Shown: positions 51,034-63,660 of the stretch, one piece after another
Layout: each line of letters opens with the position of its first letter
Numbering within the stretch: position 1 is the first letter of the stretch
Assembly: GCA_951406725.2 (NCBI GenBank)
Contig: OX597817.1
Location: 112,406,001 to 112,470,000 of the forward strand
Source: Octopus vulgaris
Taxonomy: Eukaryota
Length of the DNA stretch: 64,000 bases
Reading direction: 5' to 3'
Position numbers and translations under genes: made by a program
The notes under the pieces: model-generated
Database searches by the model: none
What the model saw: only the letters and a program-made list of their open reading frames with translations
What the model was told of the DNA's origin: nothing

Positions 51034-51863
51034 GGATCTTTTCGGTTTGAACGGCAGTTTTTTAAAATAATTTCTATGTAACTAAAAAATTTTAAACTTC
51101 GTATACTGGTAGAATGTGTTTATAAAACATTTTTTCTCTTGGCTTTCTTGAGAAAATTCTATAGTTTGTAAGATATTTGGTCTTTAATTTCTTGCATTTC
51201 GGCAATTTCAACCAATCAATGACGTCTATTGAGGTGAAAACGATTTTTGCCGTAACATTTTATGGCGGCGTCATATGAAAACGTCCCTGTTTTTTATGAG
51301 AAAAAAGATACACTGTGGCCATAAACTGTGGGGTCACTCGTAAACAGAGTTGGATAACAAAACCGTTCCCTCTTTAGTGTCCATCCATAATTATGACCCT
51401 AGTATCGATCTATTGCATTTCAATCTGTTTTAGGGTTAGGATTAGAGTTAGGGTTCGGAGTTGGGTTAGGGTTAGGGTTAAGGTTAGGGTTAGGGTTTAG
51501 GTTAGGGTTAGGGGTGGGGGCAAGGGTATCTTTTTTTCTTCAAAAATGTAAATAAACCCAATCTGTTTCTTAAACGAGGGACATTTTCATATTTCACCGC
51601 CAGAAAATTTCATATTTCACCGCCAGAAAATTTCATATTTCACCGCCAGATAATGTTTTCACCTCAATAGACGTCATTGATTGGTTGAAATTGCCGAAAT
51701 TGAAGAAAATATCTTACAAATATCTTACAAACTACAGAATTTTCTCAAGAAAGCCAAGAGAAAAAGATGTTTTATAAACACATTCTACCAGTATACGAAG
51801 TTTAAAAGTGTTTGGTTACATAGAAATTATTTTAAAAAACTGCCGTTCAAACCGAAAAGATCC
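51034..51863. mobile_element. Long-TIR MITE (about 830 bp, TIRs over 200 bp, 8-bp TSD) with internal telomeric repeats
   Basis: Ends ggatcttttcggtttgaacggcagtttttt and aaaaaactgccgttcaaaccgaaaagatcc; TSD atattctg at 51026-51033 and 51864-51871. Confidence 0.9.
51430..51513 (+). repeat. Interstitial degenerate (TTAGGG)n, about 14 units
   Basis: Seen directly. Confidence 0.9.
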
Positions 51864-52389
51864 ATATTCTGGAGTGGCGTTCTGTGCACTAAATACATGA
51901 GTTATCATCACACCAGAGGAAGACCCTGTTGTAGTTGTATTTGAATTATCATGCAGAATACCCAGCACCCGCCGATGCACTTTCCATCCTCCAAATTCCT
52001 AATATTCATATTCATACTCTCCATTTTCCCTCTATTTTTACACTTTTGCATAACTTCGAAGTCTCGACAACTATGTAGAAAATGTTTTGCTGAGGAGTTC
52101 TGATAAAACTGTAATTATTTAATCACGCCGCCGATACGTAAATTGGTATAACCTTTTCAGCTGGGTCCTAGTTTGCGTGTGGTTTAAATAGGTACTTTTA
52201 TTAAATTCTCTTCTATTAAATTCTCTTCTTCCGAAAAGTAGCCAATCAGCCATGAAAACACTTGTCATGACAGACTCCTTTCTTTTTCTGTGTGCGAGAG
52301 TATCAAGACGCATTTGCATTTGTTTGTTTTCGAAAGCGTAGGCCTAATAAACTTTAGGCTAGCGGCATTAAATTTATATTACTTTTTGC

Positions 52390-52494
<105 letters not shown>

Positions 52495-52532
52495 CGTGCG
52501 CACGCGTGTGTACGTGTACATACATACATACA

Positions 52533-52563
<31 letters not shown>

Positions 52564-52875
52564 CAGACCATGGATTAAGAGCAGGAAAAACAACTCACAA
52601 TCTCGAGAGAAAATATCACTTAAACGAACAAGTATAACACTTGCTTCTGATGCTTAAGTTACGCACAAAATACTTCGGTTAGATAGCATTACAAACCGGA
52701 GACTGTTGCTCTTCTTTTGATCTAATTCTGTCAAACCATAGAACACTTATTGAAGGATTACCTTTTATTTAGAGATTTTTTCCCAGATTAACAAGCCAAT
52801 TATCAAAGGCACTCCTGCTGAAACTATCCCGTTTTTTTTTCTCCTTCTTTCAGGAATAATACATACATACATGCA

Positions 52876-53770
52876 GTTGTTGAACAAGATAACGGAAGCA
52901 CTTTGTTAACTGAAAGTTTTATTAAATAGAGTTGGTGCATCTTAGACATCAGTCACAGCTTTAATACGTCGAGGAATTGACTTGTGCAGGTTCTGAAAGG
53001 TTGTTAGAGGAATTTTTAGACATTCTTCAAGTAAAACCTGCTTTAGCTCTTTCAGTGGCGATGGTATATGGGTGCTGCTTCTCACTTGCTGATTCAAAAT
53101 ACTCCGTAAGTGTTCGATTATATTCAGATCCGGTGATTGCGGGACCAAACCAAGAGGCCCACTTCACTTATGTGCTTTTCTTATAAATTTTAAAAAACAT
53201 TAACCGTGTGAATCGGTGGATTATCGTCTTGGAAGATTTCGCTCCCATCAAGGGACAATGTTTGTACCATGGAATAAATATGACCGACCAATTTACTCAA
53301 ATAATCATTGATGTTAATTGTGACATTGTAGAACAACTAATTGGCTGAGAGAATTTCTGTACTATAGCTACTCAAATCATCAGAGAGACACCTCCATGCT
53401 CCCCGGTAGGCGGAGTCCAACAGTCAAGATTGAAGGCTTCTTTTGGTTGTCTACCCTAAAGTAGGAAGAAGGGTCTATAAAGATTCATCAGAGATGACAT
53501 TATTTCAATAGTCTCACACTATTTTTTTTCTGTTTATCAATATTGATTGGGGATAGGAGAGGTTTGGATGACAAGGCGGGGACTTAGTTCTACTTTCACT
53601 TTTGCTGCTGTTGTTTGGTAGCTATTAGACACAACGCATGTCACTATTCTGCAGTTCCTCTCTGAACTGTGAATCGTATATCTAAGGTAACATTGTCCAG
53701 TGTGTTCTTTCTTTCCTTAATGAGCTATACTTCATCAATCGTTGATAGACTGTTAATGTGATTTTCATCA
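52876..53770 (-). mobile_element. Tc1-like transposase relic
   Basis: PQSPDLNIIEHL..IL, plus FQDDNPP and HAGECLMI remnants. Confidence 0.7.
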
Positions 53771-54189
53771 ATAGTCTGTCATTTAGGACTCCTAGATGGC
53801 CGTTCCATATCGCAAAAAAACCCTAGTATTTCGGGAATTATCTGATATCGAATTTCCGTTAAAAAGACTTTATGTTTACTAGTGCATTTATAATCTGAAC
53901 TAATCGAAGCTTTTCAGCTTCTCATATTACATGTATGAGACCCTACCACAATGAAGGTAAGTATTTTAAGCTCAGTATGTTATTTTTAGGCAACGTTTTT
54001 TATAAGGGTATATTGCGAGAAACTTCTTGAAAGTCCATCACGTGCCACCTAAGAATCCGTGGTGTGTCGTAGATTCACCTCTACTCCCATGATATGTAAG
54101 TTTATATATTTCGTTTCTTTTTTTTTTGTTTTGTATGACAAAATTTAAAATATTTAATTGAAGTGAGTAGAATTTCAAATATGTTAATT

Positions 54190-55072
54190 TAGGAGGTACC
54201 CAATAGAAACTGGAATTTTGCAATATCATTTTATTCACTTAATTTACATATTTACACTTTGATCACCTTCAGAGTATTCTCCATTTGAAGCAATGCATCG
54301 GTACAGATGCGTTTTCCCCTGTTCGAAGCAGTGTTGTAACTCTTGCAAAGTGATGCTTTTTAACACCTCCGTCGTTTTTTTTTTCTTCACCTCTTCCACA
54401 TCTGCAAATTCCGTAGCATCAGTTTTCGTCATCAGTGATGTCCTTCGAAAAAAGATCTGGATCAACTTCCAACTGTTCTTTCAGTCCACGACACGCATTC
54501 AGTCGTGACTGCTTTTGATCTTCTGTGAGCAAGCGAGGCACACATTTTGCTGCAACTCTTTTCATTCACAATTCCTTGCTCAAAATTCGTTGGCAGGAGC
54601 TCCAGGACACACCAGTCAAATCAACAAATTCATCAATTGTTCGGTGACGGCCCTCCAAGATCAGTTCATGAATTTTCATGTTTTCATTCGTTCGGGAAGT
54701 CGGTCTGCAAGTGACAAGTGACCATTCCTAAAGCGTGAAAACCACTCGTAAACTTGTGTTTTGCTCATGGCAGCGTTCTTGTAAGCTGTGAGAAGCATGA
54801 CAACTGTTTCGGCCGCTGTTTTCCCCAGCAGAAAACAGAATTTCGCGGAAGCACGCTGTTACTTCGTTTCAGCCATCGCAAAAATCGATGAACAGGACAG
54901 AAACATTGCAAAACAAAGACGTACCACGTGACTGTATAGCCCCAAGGGACAACGCCGGTCGGCAGACTGATGTTTGAGGGTCGCATTAAGTGGCTTCTAG
55001 CAGCAGAAGCCGAACTACAATGGGCTTGTCCCACAGAGAACATTTCTGGTTATTTTTGGGTATCCCTTCGTA
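54190..55072 (-). mobile_element. Internally deleted mariner element
   Basis: QRASAKFCFLLGKTAAETVVMLLTAY...KTQVYEWFSRF, and C-terminal FADVEEVKKKKTTEVLK...CIASNGEYSEGD. Imperfect TIRs gaggtacccaatagaaactggaa and ttctggttatttttgggtatcccttcg. Confidence 0.8.
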
Positions 55073-55432
55073 CATGTAAAACTGTAAAACAGACATACAT
55101 TGTATCTCCAAACTACAGTTTCGTCCAGTTCGCCCTGCAGCAGACTGTACAATTCTGAGAATTGAGAAAATACGACTTTAACGATAGGAGCTGTGTAAAT
55201 GGTGATCATTGTGTTTTTCAGCTAGCGATATTTTTGTTGAAGTCAACTGTATCTAACATGCACCACGAGAATCATCTTTGAAATTCCTGCATAGGATCTA
55301 AACCGATATCAACAGGTCGTAATTGTTTCGATTCTTTTATCTTTGATTGATTGGACTACGTTCGCAAAATGCGTGGAGTTTCCCTGCAAGAGAGCACTAG
55401 TCATGTCATACATACATACATACATACATACA

Positions 55433-55463
<31 letters not shown>

Positions 55464-56887
55464 TCATATATTCATACATCTGATTGTGTGTGTATGTGTG
55501 TGTGTATCTGTGTCTGTGTTTGCTCCCCTCCCACTATCGGTTGACAACCGATGTTGGTGTGTTTACGTCCCTGTAGCTTAGCGGTTCGGTAAAAGAAGTG
55601 ATAGAATAAATACTAGGCATGCAAAGAATGAGTCCTGGGGTCGATTTCTTCACCTAAACCCTTTAGCGCGGTGCTCCAGCATGGTTGCAGCCAAGTGAAT
55701 GGAATAAGTAAAAGAATAAGATGGATTTTCCCGTCGAAGACGACATATGACCATTCATCCCTTTGCCGAACGACCTGCACAAATGATTTGTTCATAGTAA
55801 TCAAATGTTCGTGCTGCATTTTAGCTCACTCTCTCCATCAAATCGCCGTTGTCAGAGGTGTATTGTGTACCACGCATTAGGTACACAATACATAAGTGAT
55901 TGCAGAACAATGTGAGGTGAATGTTTTTGCTGAAGAAGGCAACGCACCACCCGGTCTAAGAACTGAAATCGCGATCGATAAGATCGTGAATGCAACACCC
56001 TAACCAATAAGGCATACACCCTCTCACACAAAATATAATTTATACGTGCGTATGTGTGTTTTTGTGATTGTGTCCGTGTACATATACTTGCATGCGTGCA
56101 CACGGACGGACACGTACCCCCCCCCCCCACACACACACACAGTGCAATGTTATAACTAATGTCATTCGAGAACTTTAACCGACCTTATTTCACTATTGGG
56201 ATCTTCACCAAAATGGAAAAGAAGACAGAACAAACAACATTACTCCAATTTATTCAAGCATGCGAACAACTCATAAGTGTTGTAATTGACTTTTCTGTCT
56301 GTTTGGTCCTTTTTTTTTGTGGGCGGAGGTGTTTGTGTTGTTTTTTTCGCAACTACTTGAATGGGACTTATAATTCTAACACCACAGATGTAGTTTATGA
56401 CCGGGATTTCCTGCGAGACACACTTAAATATTTAAAAGTATGAGGATTCTGTTTTTCAAAGATAAGTATTATGGGATTAGTTACAACATAAGACAGGTCA
56501 AGCCAACGAAAAAAACACTACATAATCACTTAACTTGGTAATTTGCTAGAAATAGCAACCACGCCTCTATAAAACCACTCCCTGGCGTTAAAAGTTGATC
56601 TTACTACACTGTGTCTAGAAAAGAACGGGATGGACATGGTTGGAATGCCTTTAATCTTAGGTCTATTCGATTAAGACTGTCTTCTAACTAAACAACAATA
56701 ACAAGAACTGCAGCAGCAGAAAAAAACAATGACAACAATATGGCACTAGTGAAGCCAGTAAGAGAGCTTTCAACCATTCACAAGCCAATGGAGAGCCTCA
56801 ACGATTTCGCTTGATTGTCTACAAATAACAGTCAAATCTCTCAAATTACACCCTACATTAAAAAAAAAATTACTGCACCATTATATT

Positions 56888-57680
56888 GATCAGGCTATCG
56901 GATGTTGTTATACGTCACTGGTCACAATGCTCTTCCAGTTCTTTCTTGATTGCGCCGTTCTTTACCATCTTGGCCCAAATCGTTTAACAAAAGCGTTCTC
57001 CCATCGTCATGGAGGCATTCCGAGTGGTCTTTTCCGATGTCTTGGATACCACTCGGTAACAGCACAAGTCCGCCTGTTGTCTGTGAACCTTGCAACATAT
57101 CCAACCCATCAGAACTTGTATTTCCGTAATCTGTGCACCGTTTTCGAATTATCTGCTTTTGGATACGCTCTCGTAATGATATTCCTAGAATATATATTTC
57201 CATGGCTCTTTGCGTCATAACCAATCAATGTTATTCTTTCTTTGTAATAACCCACATCTCACATGTGTATAAGAGCGTATGTAGCATGGTGCTATTGCAA
57301 AGTTTGACACGTATGATCTTGTTGAGTTTTGTTTTGAGCAAATCTTTTATTGAAGTAAATACCTTTTACCCTGCCCTTATTCTCTTCGAGATTTCAGCAT
57401 CCATGTTTCGGTGCATATCCATCATGTTCCCCATGTGGATGTTCTCCTTTACCTTCTCGATTTATTGCTTTCCATCTTTATTTGGCTTTGTGCTACGTTT
57501 CCGGACTGCATGTATTTTGTTATCATACAGATCGTTTTAAGGCCTACGGATGAGCTATGGGTACCCAACTTTGTCAGCATGGTTTGCTGCTGACCTGTGG
57601 TTTGGGCGATGAGTACGAATCATCTGCTAATTGGAAGTAAGCGAATAGCTCGCCGATGATATTCATACCACCTGTGTAGC
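56888..57680 (-). mobile_element. RTE LINE 3' fragment
   Basis: TQRAMEIYILGISLRERI, WVGYVARFTDNRRT and KRPLGMPP.RW; the 3' end is shared with the SINE at 5726. Confidence 0.8.
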
Positions 57681-57689
57681 TAATACTTC

Positions 57690-57895
57690 TTATTTCTTAT
57701 TTCTTTATTGCCCACAAGGGGCTACACACAGAGGGGACAAACAAGGACAGGCAAAGGGATTAAGTCGATTACATCGACCCCAGTGCGTAACTGGTACTTA
57801 TTTAATCGAGCCCGAAAGGATGAAAGGCAAAGTCGACCTTAGCGGAATTTGAACTCAGAACGTAACGGCAGACGAAATACGGCTACGCATTTCGG
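57690..57895 (-). mobile_element. SINE unit (family of the 34840 array)
   Basis: Near-identical to the array unit, with a tatttct tail repeat. Confidence 0.85.
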
Positions 57896-57930
57896 CTGGA
57901 ACATTTCTTATCATCCTTCTTCATCAGGAT

Positions 57931-57961
<31 letters not shown>

Positions 57962-57989
57962 ACGACGGTGATGTTGTTGATGATGATGT

Positions 57990-58337
57990 TTATGATGCCG
58001 GAGAGGAGGAGGAGAAGGAGAAAGAGGTTGAATAAGAGGAAGAGACGGAGAGGTGAAGGAGTGATGGCAGCGCGAGAGGAAGGGTGAAGGGGGAGAAAGA
58101 GGTTGGGTCAGAGGAGGGAGTGAAAGGGTGGAGGTGGTGGGGTAGTGGTGGTGGTGGTGGTGGAGGAGGAGGAGGAGGAGGACGACGACGTTCCAGCCGT
58201 CTTTTTCTTTTAAGCATCCTGTATCTTGCACAATATTCTTTTTTAAGATAATAGAGAATTTTTTCCAAATTATGTGATCTTACAGTAGCTTTCTCATTGA
58301 CTTGACCAATGTCGGGATCTTTTCTGTTTGACTGCAC
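57990..58337 (-). CDS. Possible terminal exon of an unknown gene (basic KRKRR, poly-Pro, Ser-rich)
   Basis: Acceptor gatttccacag|GTG at 58338/58337. About 50 codons of unique sequence stay open only in frame 0; the rest is low-complexity. Confidence 0.3.
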   Translation of the reverse strand: MQSNRKDPDIGQVNEKATVRSHNLEKILYYLKKEYCARYRMLKRKRRLERRRPPPPPPPPPPPPLPHHLHPFTPSSDPTSFSPFTLPLALPSLLHLSVSSSYSTSFSFSSSSPAS

Positions 58338-58643
58338 CTGTGGAAATCTTAAAGTTTAGTTAAAATTTTAAAATTTGATGTATTTTAAATTGGGGTATTG
58401 ATGTAATAATCTTCGACGCTGAATCTCAGAAACTATTCCCTTTGTCCAGAATTATCATTATTTTTTTTTAATGTTACAGAAGTCTAAATTTTGATCATTT
58501 TTACCCAGTCAGAAAACAGGATTTGGAAGCTGTCATTTTGTGCATGACAGCACGTGTTGTCAGCTGCAAACATTTTCTGAAAATTCCAAATAATAAGAAA
58601 GTTATGAGGGTTTATATGGCGTGCGTAAAGCAGAATTCAGCTA

Positions 58644-58674
<31 letters not shown>

Positions 58675-58820
58675 TGTATGTATGTATGTATGTATGTATG
58701 TATGTATATGTGTTTGTGACATTATTTTTGAATGCTGTATGCAAAAACATAGGATACAGGCATTCTTTTTCTTGGGACAAATTTTTCATTGGCTAATGTT
58801 ATTCTTATCGTAGTTATATA

Positions 58821-59200
58821 GGCGCAGGAGTGGCTGTGTGGTCCCACTGCGTGGCACCTTGGGCAAGTGTCTTCTATTGTAGCCTCGGGCCGACCAAAGC
58901 CTTGTGAGTGGATTTGGTAGACGGAAACTGAAAGAAGTCCGTCGTATGTATGTATATATATATATGTGTGTGTGTGTGTGTGCGTGTATGTTTGTGTGTC
59001 TGTGTTTGTCCCATCCAACATCGCTTGAGAACCTATGCTAGTGTGTTTATGTCCCCGTCACTTAGCAGTTCGGCAAAAGTACTGGGCTTACAAAGAATAA
59101 GTCCCGGGGTCGAGTTGCTCTATTAAAGGCGGTGCTCCAGCATGGCCGCAGTCAAATGACTGAAACAAGTAAAAGAGTAAAAGAGTAAAAGAGAGAGAGA
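58821..59200 (+). mobile_element. tRNA-derived SINE with internal microsatellite (small deletions)
   Basis: Matches the 27096 copy. Confidence 0.85.
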
Positions 59201-59845
59201 GTTACAAATCTAAGCAGGAAAACTTTCCTCAGATTTGAAGTTTTGGAGACAGATGCCCCCCCACCACCACCAAATACACACACACACACACACGCACGTA
59301 CTTATATATTAAGGATGAGAGGCAATCATAATACTGAAATACGTATAAAGTAAACATATGTAGACAAATCTATTAATATTACAAATTTAAAAAAAAATCA
59401 TACCATCAATGAAGAGACAAAAGAAACAGTAATATGATACATGTTGATTTTATCAGGTATTTCTGTTTATTTAGAAACCTACATTTCACAGACGCTAAAC
59501 TATAAATTTCACAGGGTACAACCTTAAAGTTGACACCGTTCTGCTAAACGCAGAAAATTTCAGTCTCGCTGTTGGCTATAAATACAGTTTTTTTCGATTT
59601 TTAAACCTCTGTATACTTTTTCCTTCAATTATTTTTCTCGACCACATCATACCTCACCATACCTTCAAAGCAATTAGATTGGAAAACTTTACTATTATAG
59701 CCGATTTTCTGATTTTTTACTGTCTTTTAAAAAATGCATAGTTTGCGAATGAAAAAAAAAACTAGATCCCTTTTCTTATGAGTACTACCGGATTACTTGA
59801 ATCCATATATTGTGACATATAGATATTGTGACATATAGATAATAT

Positions 59846-59954
<109 letters not shown>

Positions 59955-60083
59955 TGTAAAAAGCTTAGAGATCCATACAAATCAGATTTTTATATAGAAA
60001 AGATGGAGGTGGAAATAGTACAGAAGTAAGTCTAAGATATTTCAATTTAAGAGGGAATTTAATAAAAAAAATTATATCTAGAA

Positions 60084-60123
60084 AATATTACCGGTTTCGA
60101 TGTATCTCATCTTATCAAATATC
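60084..60123 (-). ncRNA. Intact minimal hammerhead ribozyme motif, U3-A8 core
   Basis: gatat TTGATAA gatg-agata-catc GAAAC cg GTA atatt; all three helices can pair. Confidence 0.75.
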
Positions 60124-61223
60124 AGTAAAATTTTTTTAAAATTTGAAGTAAAAACAGTTTATCTTCTGTCTGGCGGTCAAGTACATGTCTGGAGATTTTT
60201 CATTGAAATCTTTAAATATAGTTTGGTATAGAGTTCAAAGTGTTAGAGAGTCAGAGAAGGGGTGTTTAGGGAGTGGCTAAAAAGGCATTTATTAAGTGGG
60301 TTTTATGTCCACCTGTGTGTGTGTGTTGTGCTCTGTTGTGTTGAATGTCCTTTCAAGATGATTTGAAAAATGACCAGTTTTGAGTTATGGGTGTGTTGTG
60401 AAGTACGTCTTGTTGAAGAAAGAATTAGGATTTTTCGTTGGGTTAGATGCACTCTTTTGAGTGTCTCCTCCTGCGTGTATGTGTGTGATCACTAGCTGTG
60501 TGTATGTGTGTGTGTGTGTCTTTGTGCGTGTGACTGTGTTTTTGTGTGTGTGTGTGCTGGCATATATGAATATCGGAAAAAGGATTTAGGAAATGATGGG
60601 AAGTATTTTTCAAAATGATAATATGTGTAAAATTGCTTTTAAGTGTCTGTTCTTATTTATTGCTTGTGGTTGGGTCTATATTTAATTGTGGTTTATACAT
60701 GTTGATCAATTGTCTTTCTTTATTCAGTCTTTATTGTTGTTTGAAGGAATCTGAGCACTTGTAGAGAGGAAATATTTTGAAATTTGCTAAAACCATTCCT
60801 GCACAGGTTGTAATGTGACTGCTTAGGGGAATTTTCCTTGTACATTTTGTCTTGAATCTATTGGCAATGGGTCGTCATTCTGTTGCGTAACGATCCGCCC
60901 GTCTGACCTATGTAATTATGTTGGCAACCATTGCATGTGATTACGTAGATCACAACATACACACCCATCAACTCACAGCTGGTCACTTCTCAAAACATAT
61001 TGAAAAGACATTCAACACAATACACACACACACACACAGAGGTGGCAGAAACACAAAGATTTCTTTTAGACAATAGACATCCCTTCTCTCACTCTCTAAC
61101 ACTTTGAACTCTATACCAAACTATATTTAAAGAAGACTTCAACGAAAAATCTCCAGACATATACTTGACCGCCAGACAGACGATAAACTGCTTTTACTTC
61201 AAATTTAAAAAAAATTTTTTACT

Positions 61224-61263
61224 GATATTTGATAAAATGAGATACCTCGAAACCGGTAATATT
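61224..61263 (+). ncRNA. Inverted copy of the U3-A8 hammerhead (stem II mutated)
   Basis: gatat TTGATAA aatg-agata-cctc GAAAC cg GTA atatt. Confidence 0.6.
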
Positions 61264-61469
61264 TTCTTTATAAATTGTTTTTATTAAATTCCCTCTTAAA
61301 TTGAAATGTCTTAGACTTACTTCTGTGCTATTTCCACTTCCATCTTTTATGTGTGTGTGTGTGTGTGTGTGTGGTAAATCCAAAAAAGAACAAACACAAA
61401 AAACACAACAACGCGAGGACGTGGTACATGTAAGGTATTAGCAGACGCTCCGGGAAGGAAAGAAAGATG

Positions 61470-61506
61470 GTTTAACGTTTCGAGCAGATGCTCTTCTTCG
61501 GAAACA
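61470..61506 (-). ncRNA. Degenerate Penelope-type minimal hammerhead motif
   Basis: gttt CcGAAGA a gagc-atct-gctc GAAAC GTT aaac; U4 is mutated. Confidence 0.4.
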
Positions 61507-61639
61507 GAGCAAATTCCAATAGAAGGGAAGACGGGGGAAGAAAATCGCCAACGATTCACATGTGGTTACATTTTGAAATGACTGGAAGGGAATGGGTAAA
61601 GAAAAAGTTCTTTCTAAGACAGGAGAGTGTAAGAGAAGG

Positions 61640-62545
61640 AGGTGTGTGTGTATGTGTGTGTATGTGCGTGTGCGCAAGTCTCTGTGTGTGTGCAATAGCA
61701 CGTATGTGTGCGTATGTGTGTGTATGTGTTGTGTGTGTGGAGGTATATGTGCGTGTATTCGCGTGCGTGTGTGTAGCTGTGTGTACGTGTGTGCGTGTGT
61801 TTGTGTATGTATGCGTGTGTGTGTATGTATGCGTGTGTGTGTATGTAGGTGTGTGTATGTGTGTGCGCGTCGGGTTGTGTGTGTTAGGTATGTATGCATT
61901 CCCGTGCGTGTTTGCGCGCATGTGTGTATGTACCTGTGCGTGTGTGTACGTGTGTGTATGTATGTATGTATATGTTGCGTGTACGTGTGTACGTGGGTGT
62001 ATGCACATGTTGTGTGTGCGTGTGTATATGCATGTGCGTGTATGTGTGTAGTTGTGTGTACGTGTATGCGTGTGTGTATCTGTGCGTGCGTGGGGTTGTG
62101 TGTTAGGTATGTTTGCATTTCTGTGCGTGTGTATATGTGTATGTGTGTGTACGTTTGTGTACGTGTGTGTGTGCACGCATGTATGTGTGTGTTGTGTGTG
62201 TGCGTGTGCGTGCGTGTATGTGTGCATGTGTATGTATGTATGCGTGTGTGTGTGTGCTGGTGTGTATGAGCATGTGTGTATTTGAGTGTGTGCATGGGGT
62301 TGTGTTATGTGGAGGTATATGCGCGTTATTGTATGCATACGTGTGTGTGTGCGCGTGTGTCTATGTGTATGTGCGTGTGTATGTGTGTGTGGATGTATGT
62401 GTGTGTGTATGTGCATGTATGTGTGTTGTGTGTATGCGTGTGGTGTGTGTTGGAGGTATATGTGCCTTCATGTGTGTCCGTGGATGCGTGTATTTTTTCG
62501 GATGTGTGTATATGTACGTGTGTGTATGTATGTGTGCGTGTTTAT
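61640..62545. repeat. Complex (GT/GTAT/GC)-rich low-complexity tract
   Basis: Seen directly; source of the spurious CV/HT ORFs. Confidence 0.9.
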
Positions 62546-63059
62546 AGAAATAAAATAAAGGTTGATAAATATTAAAAGAAACGGGTGGGGTAGGGAAGAA
62601 TACGAGATGTAAAAAACGTTTTTTACAAAAATTAGCAGAGGCAAGATAAAAAAAATGAAATAATAAAAATTAAAGGGATAAAATAGAAATTAATACAATT
62701 ATAAAAAATAGTGCAATTAAAAAGTTGAGTGTTACACACTCATATCTGTGTATACGTGCATCCCCACTCTTGGCACTATTTTGTAGTGAATAGTACAAAC
62801 TGTGTGTAAAGTATATAATGTATTACTACGCAGAACGTCGTCGTCCGTGTAACATGTAAAGAATAGTATGTAAACATTGAGTATTACGACGGAAAGAAAA
62901 TTATAAAAAATGATAAAAAAATTGAGAAGGGGTGGCAGTGTAAAAAAGTAAGTGGGTATAAGGGAGGATGAGGTAGGTTGGACAAAATAGAATAAATAAA
63001 ATAAAATATGCAACCAAAAATGTACGCCATAGTTTTTTTAATTTTCGTCTTCAGCTTCT

Positions 63060-63660
63060 AATATTTCTTATCTTCATCGCTTTCGTTCTCATCCACCCTG
63101 TGATCCTACGGTAAAGCAACATCCACAATAATTACGTTGACCCTCTTCTTTTCTGCGACTACAATGTCATGTTTTCTTGCCACAATAAGGTCATCACACT
63201 GGATGGTCATACCCAACAAGATCTAATATTCTTCGTTTTCAGCAAACCTTTCCTGTTGGTGATCATTCCATTTCTTACTTCTGCTCATTTCCGGTAAACC
63301 AATCTGGCAATGTTGTCGTACCTTCTCTTGTACTCTTTCTGTGCAAGCACCTTAAATGGTTATTGATTCACCTTTCTCAACAGACAAAAGTCACTGACAT
63401 TTTAATATTAAACTTCATATAATTCGACCTCAGTGCCTGTTCTTGGTGAAGATAAGGGCTTCAGTTTCAACTTTCAAATCGTTTTCCCTAATTCATCCCA
63501 GATCTCAACTGCCTCAGGCATTTCCTGCTAGAATTGACTAAACACGTTTTATTTTTCTTTCCATCTATTCAGGGTGTCATTCTGCGTGTCTTGTTGAAAT
63601 TCACCATTTTCCTTTACCTCATCACTGCTTAAGACTTTTATCTTTCTCATTACTGCCATC
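63060..63660 (-). mobile_element. R4/Dong-like LINE relic (restriction-like endonuclease region)
   Basis: KWNDHQ.E..ENEE...TIQCDDLIVARKHDIVV.EKK...IIVDVALP.DHRV and LAQKEYKRRYDN. Confidence 0.7.

Larger units (their letters stand above)
59997..61348 (-). mobile_element. Penelope-like element 3' fragment with inverted pseudo-LTR copy
   Basis: Minus strand 60680-60850 reads RKIPLSSHITTCAG..ANFKIFPLYKCSD...RLNKERQLINMYKPQLN. The segments 59997-60262 and 61080-61348 are about 265-bp inverted repeats. Confidence 0.85.
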
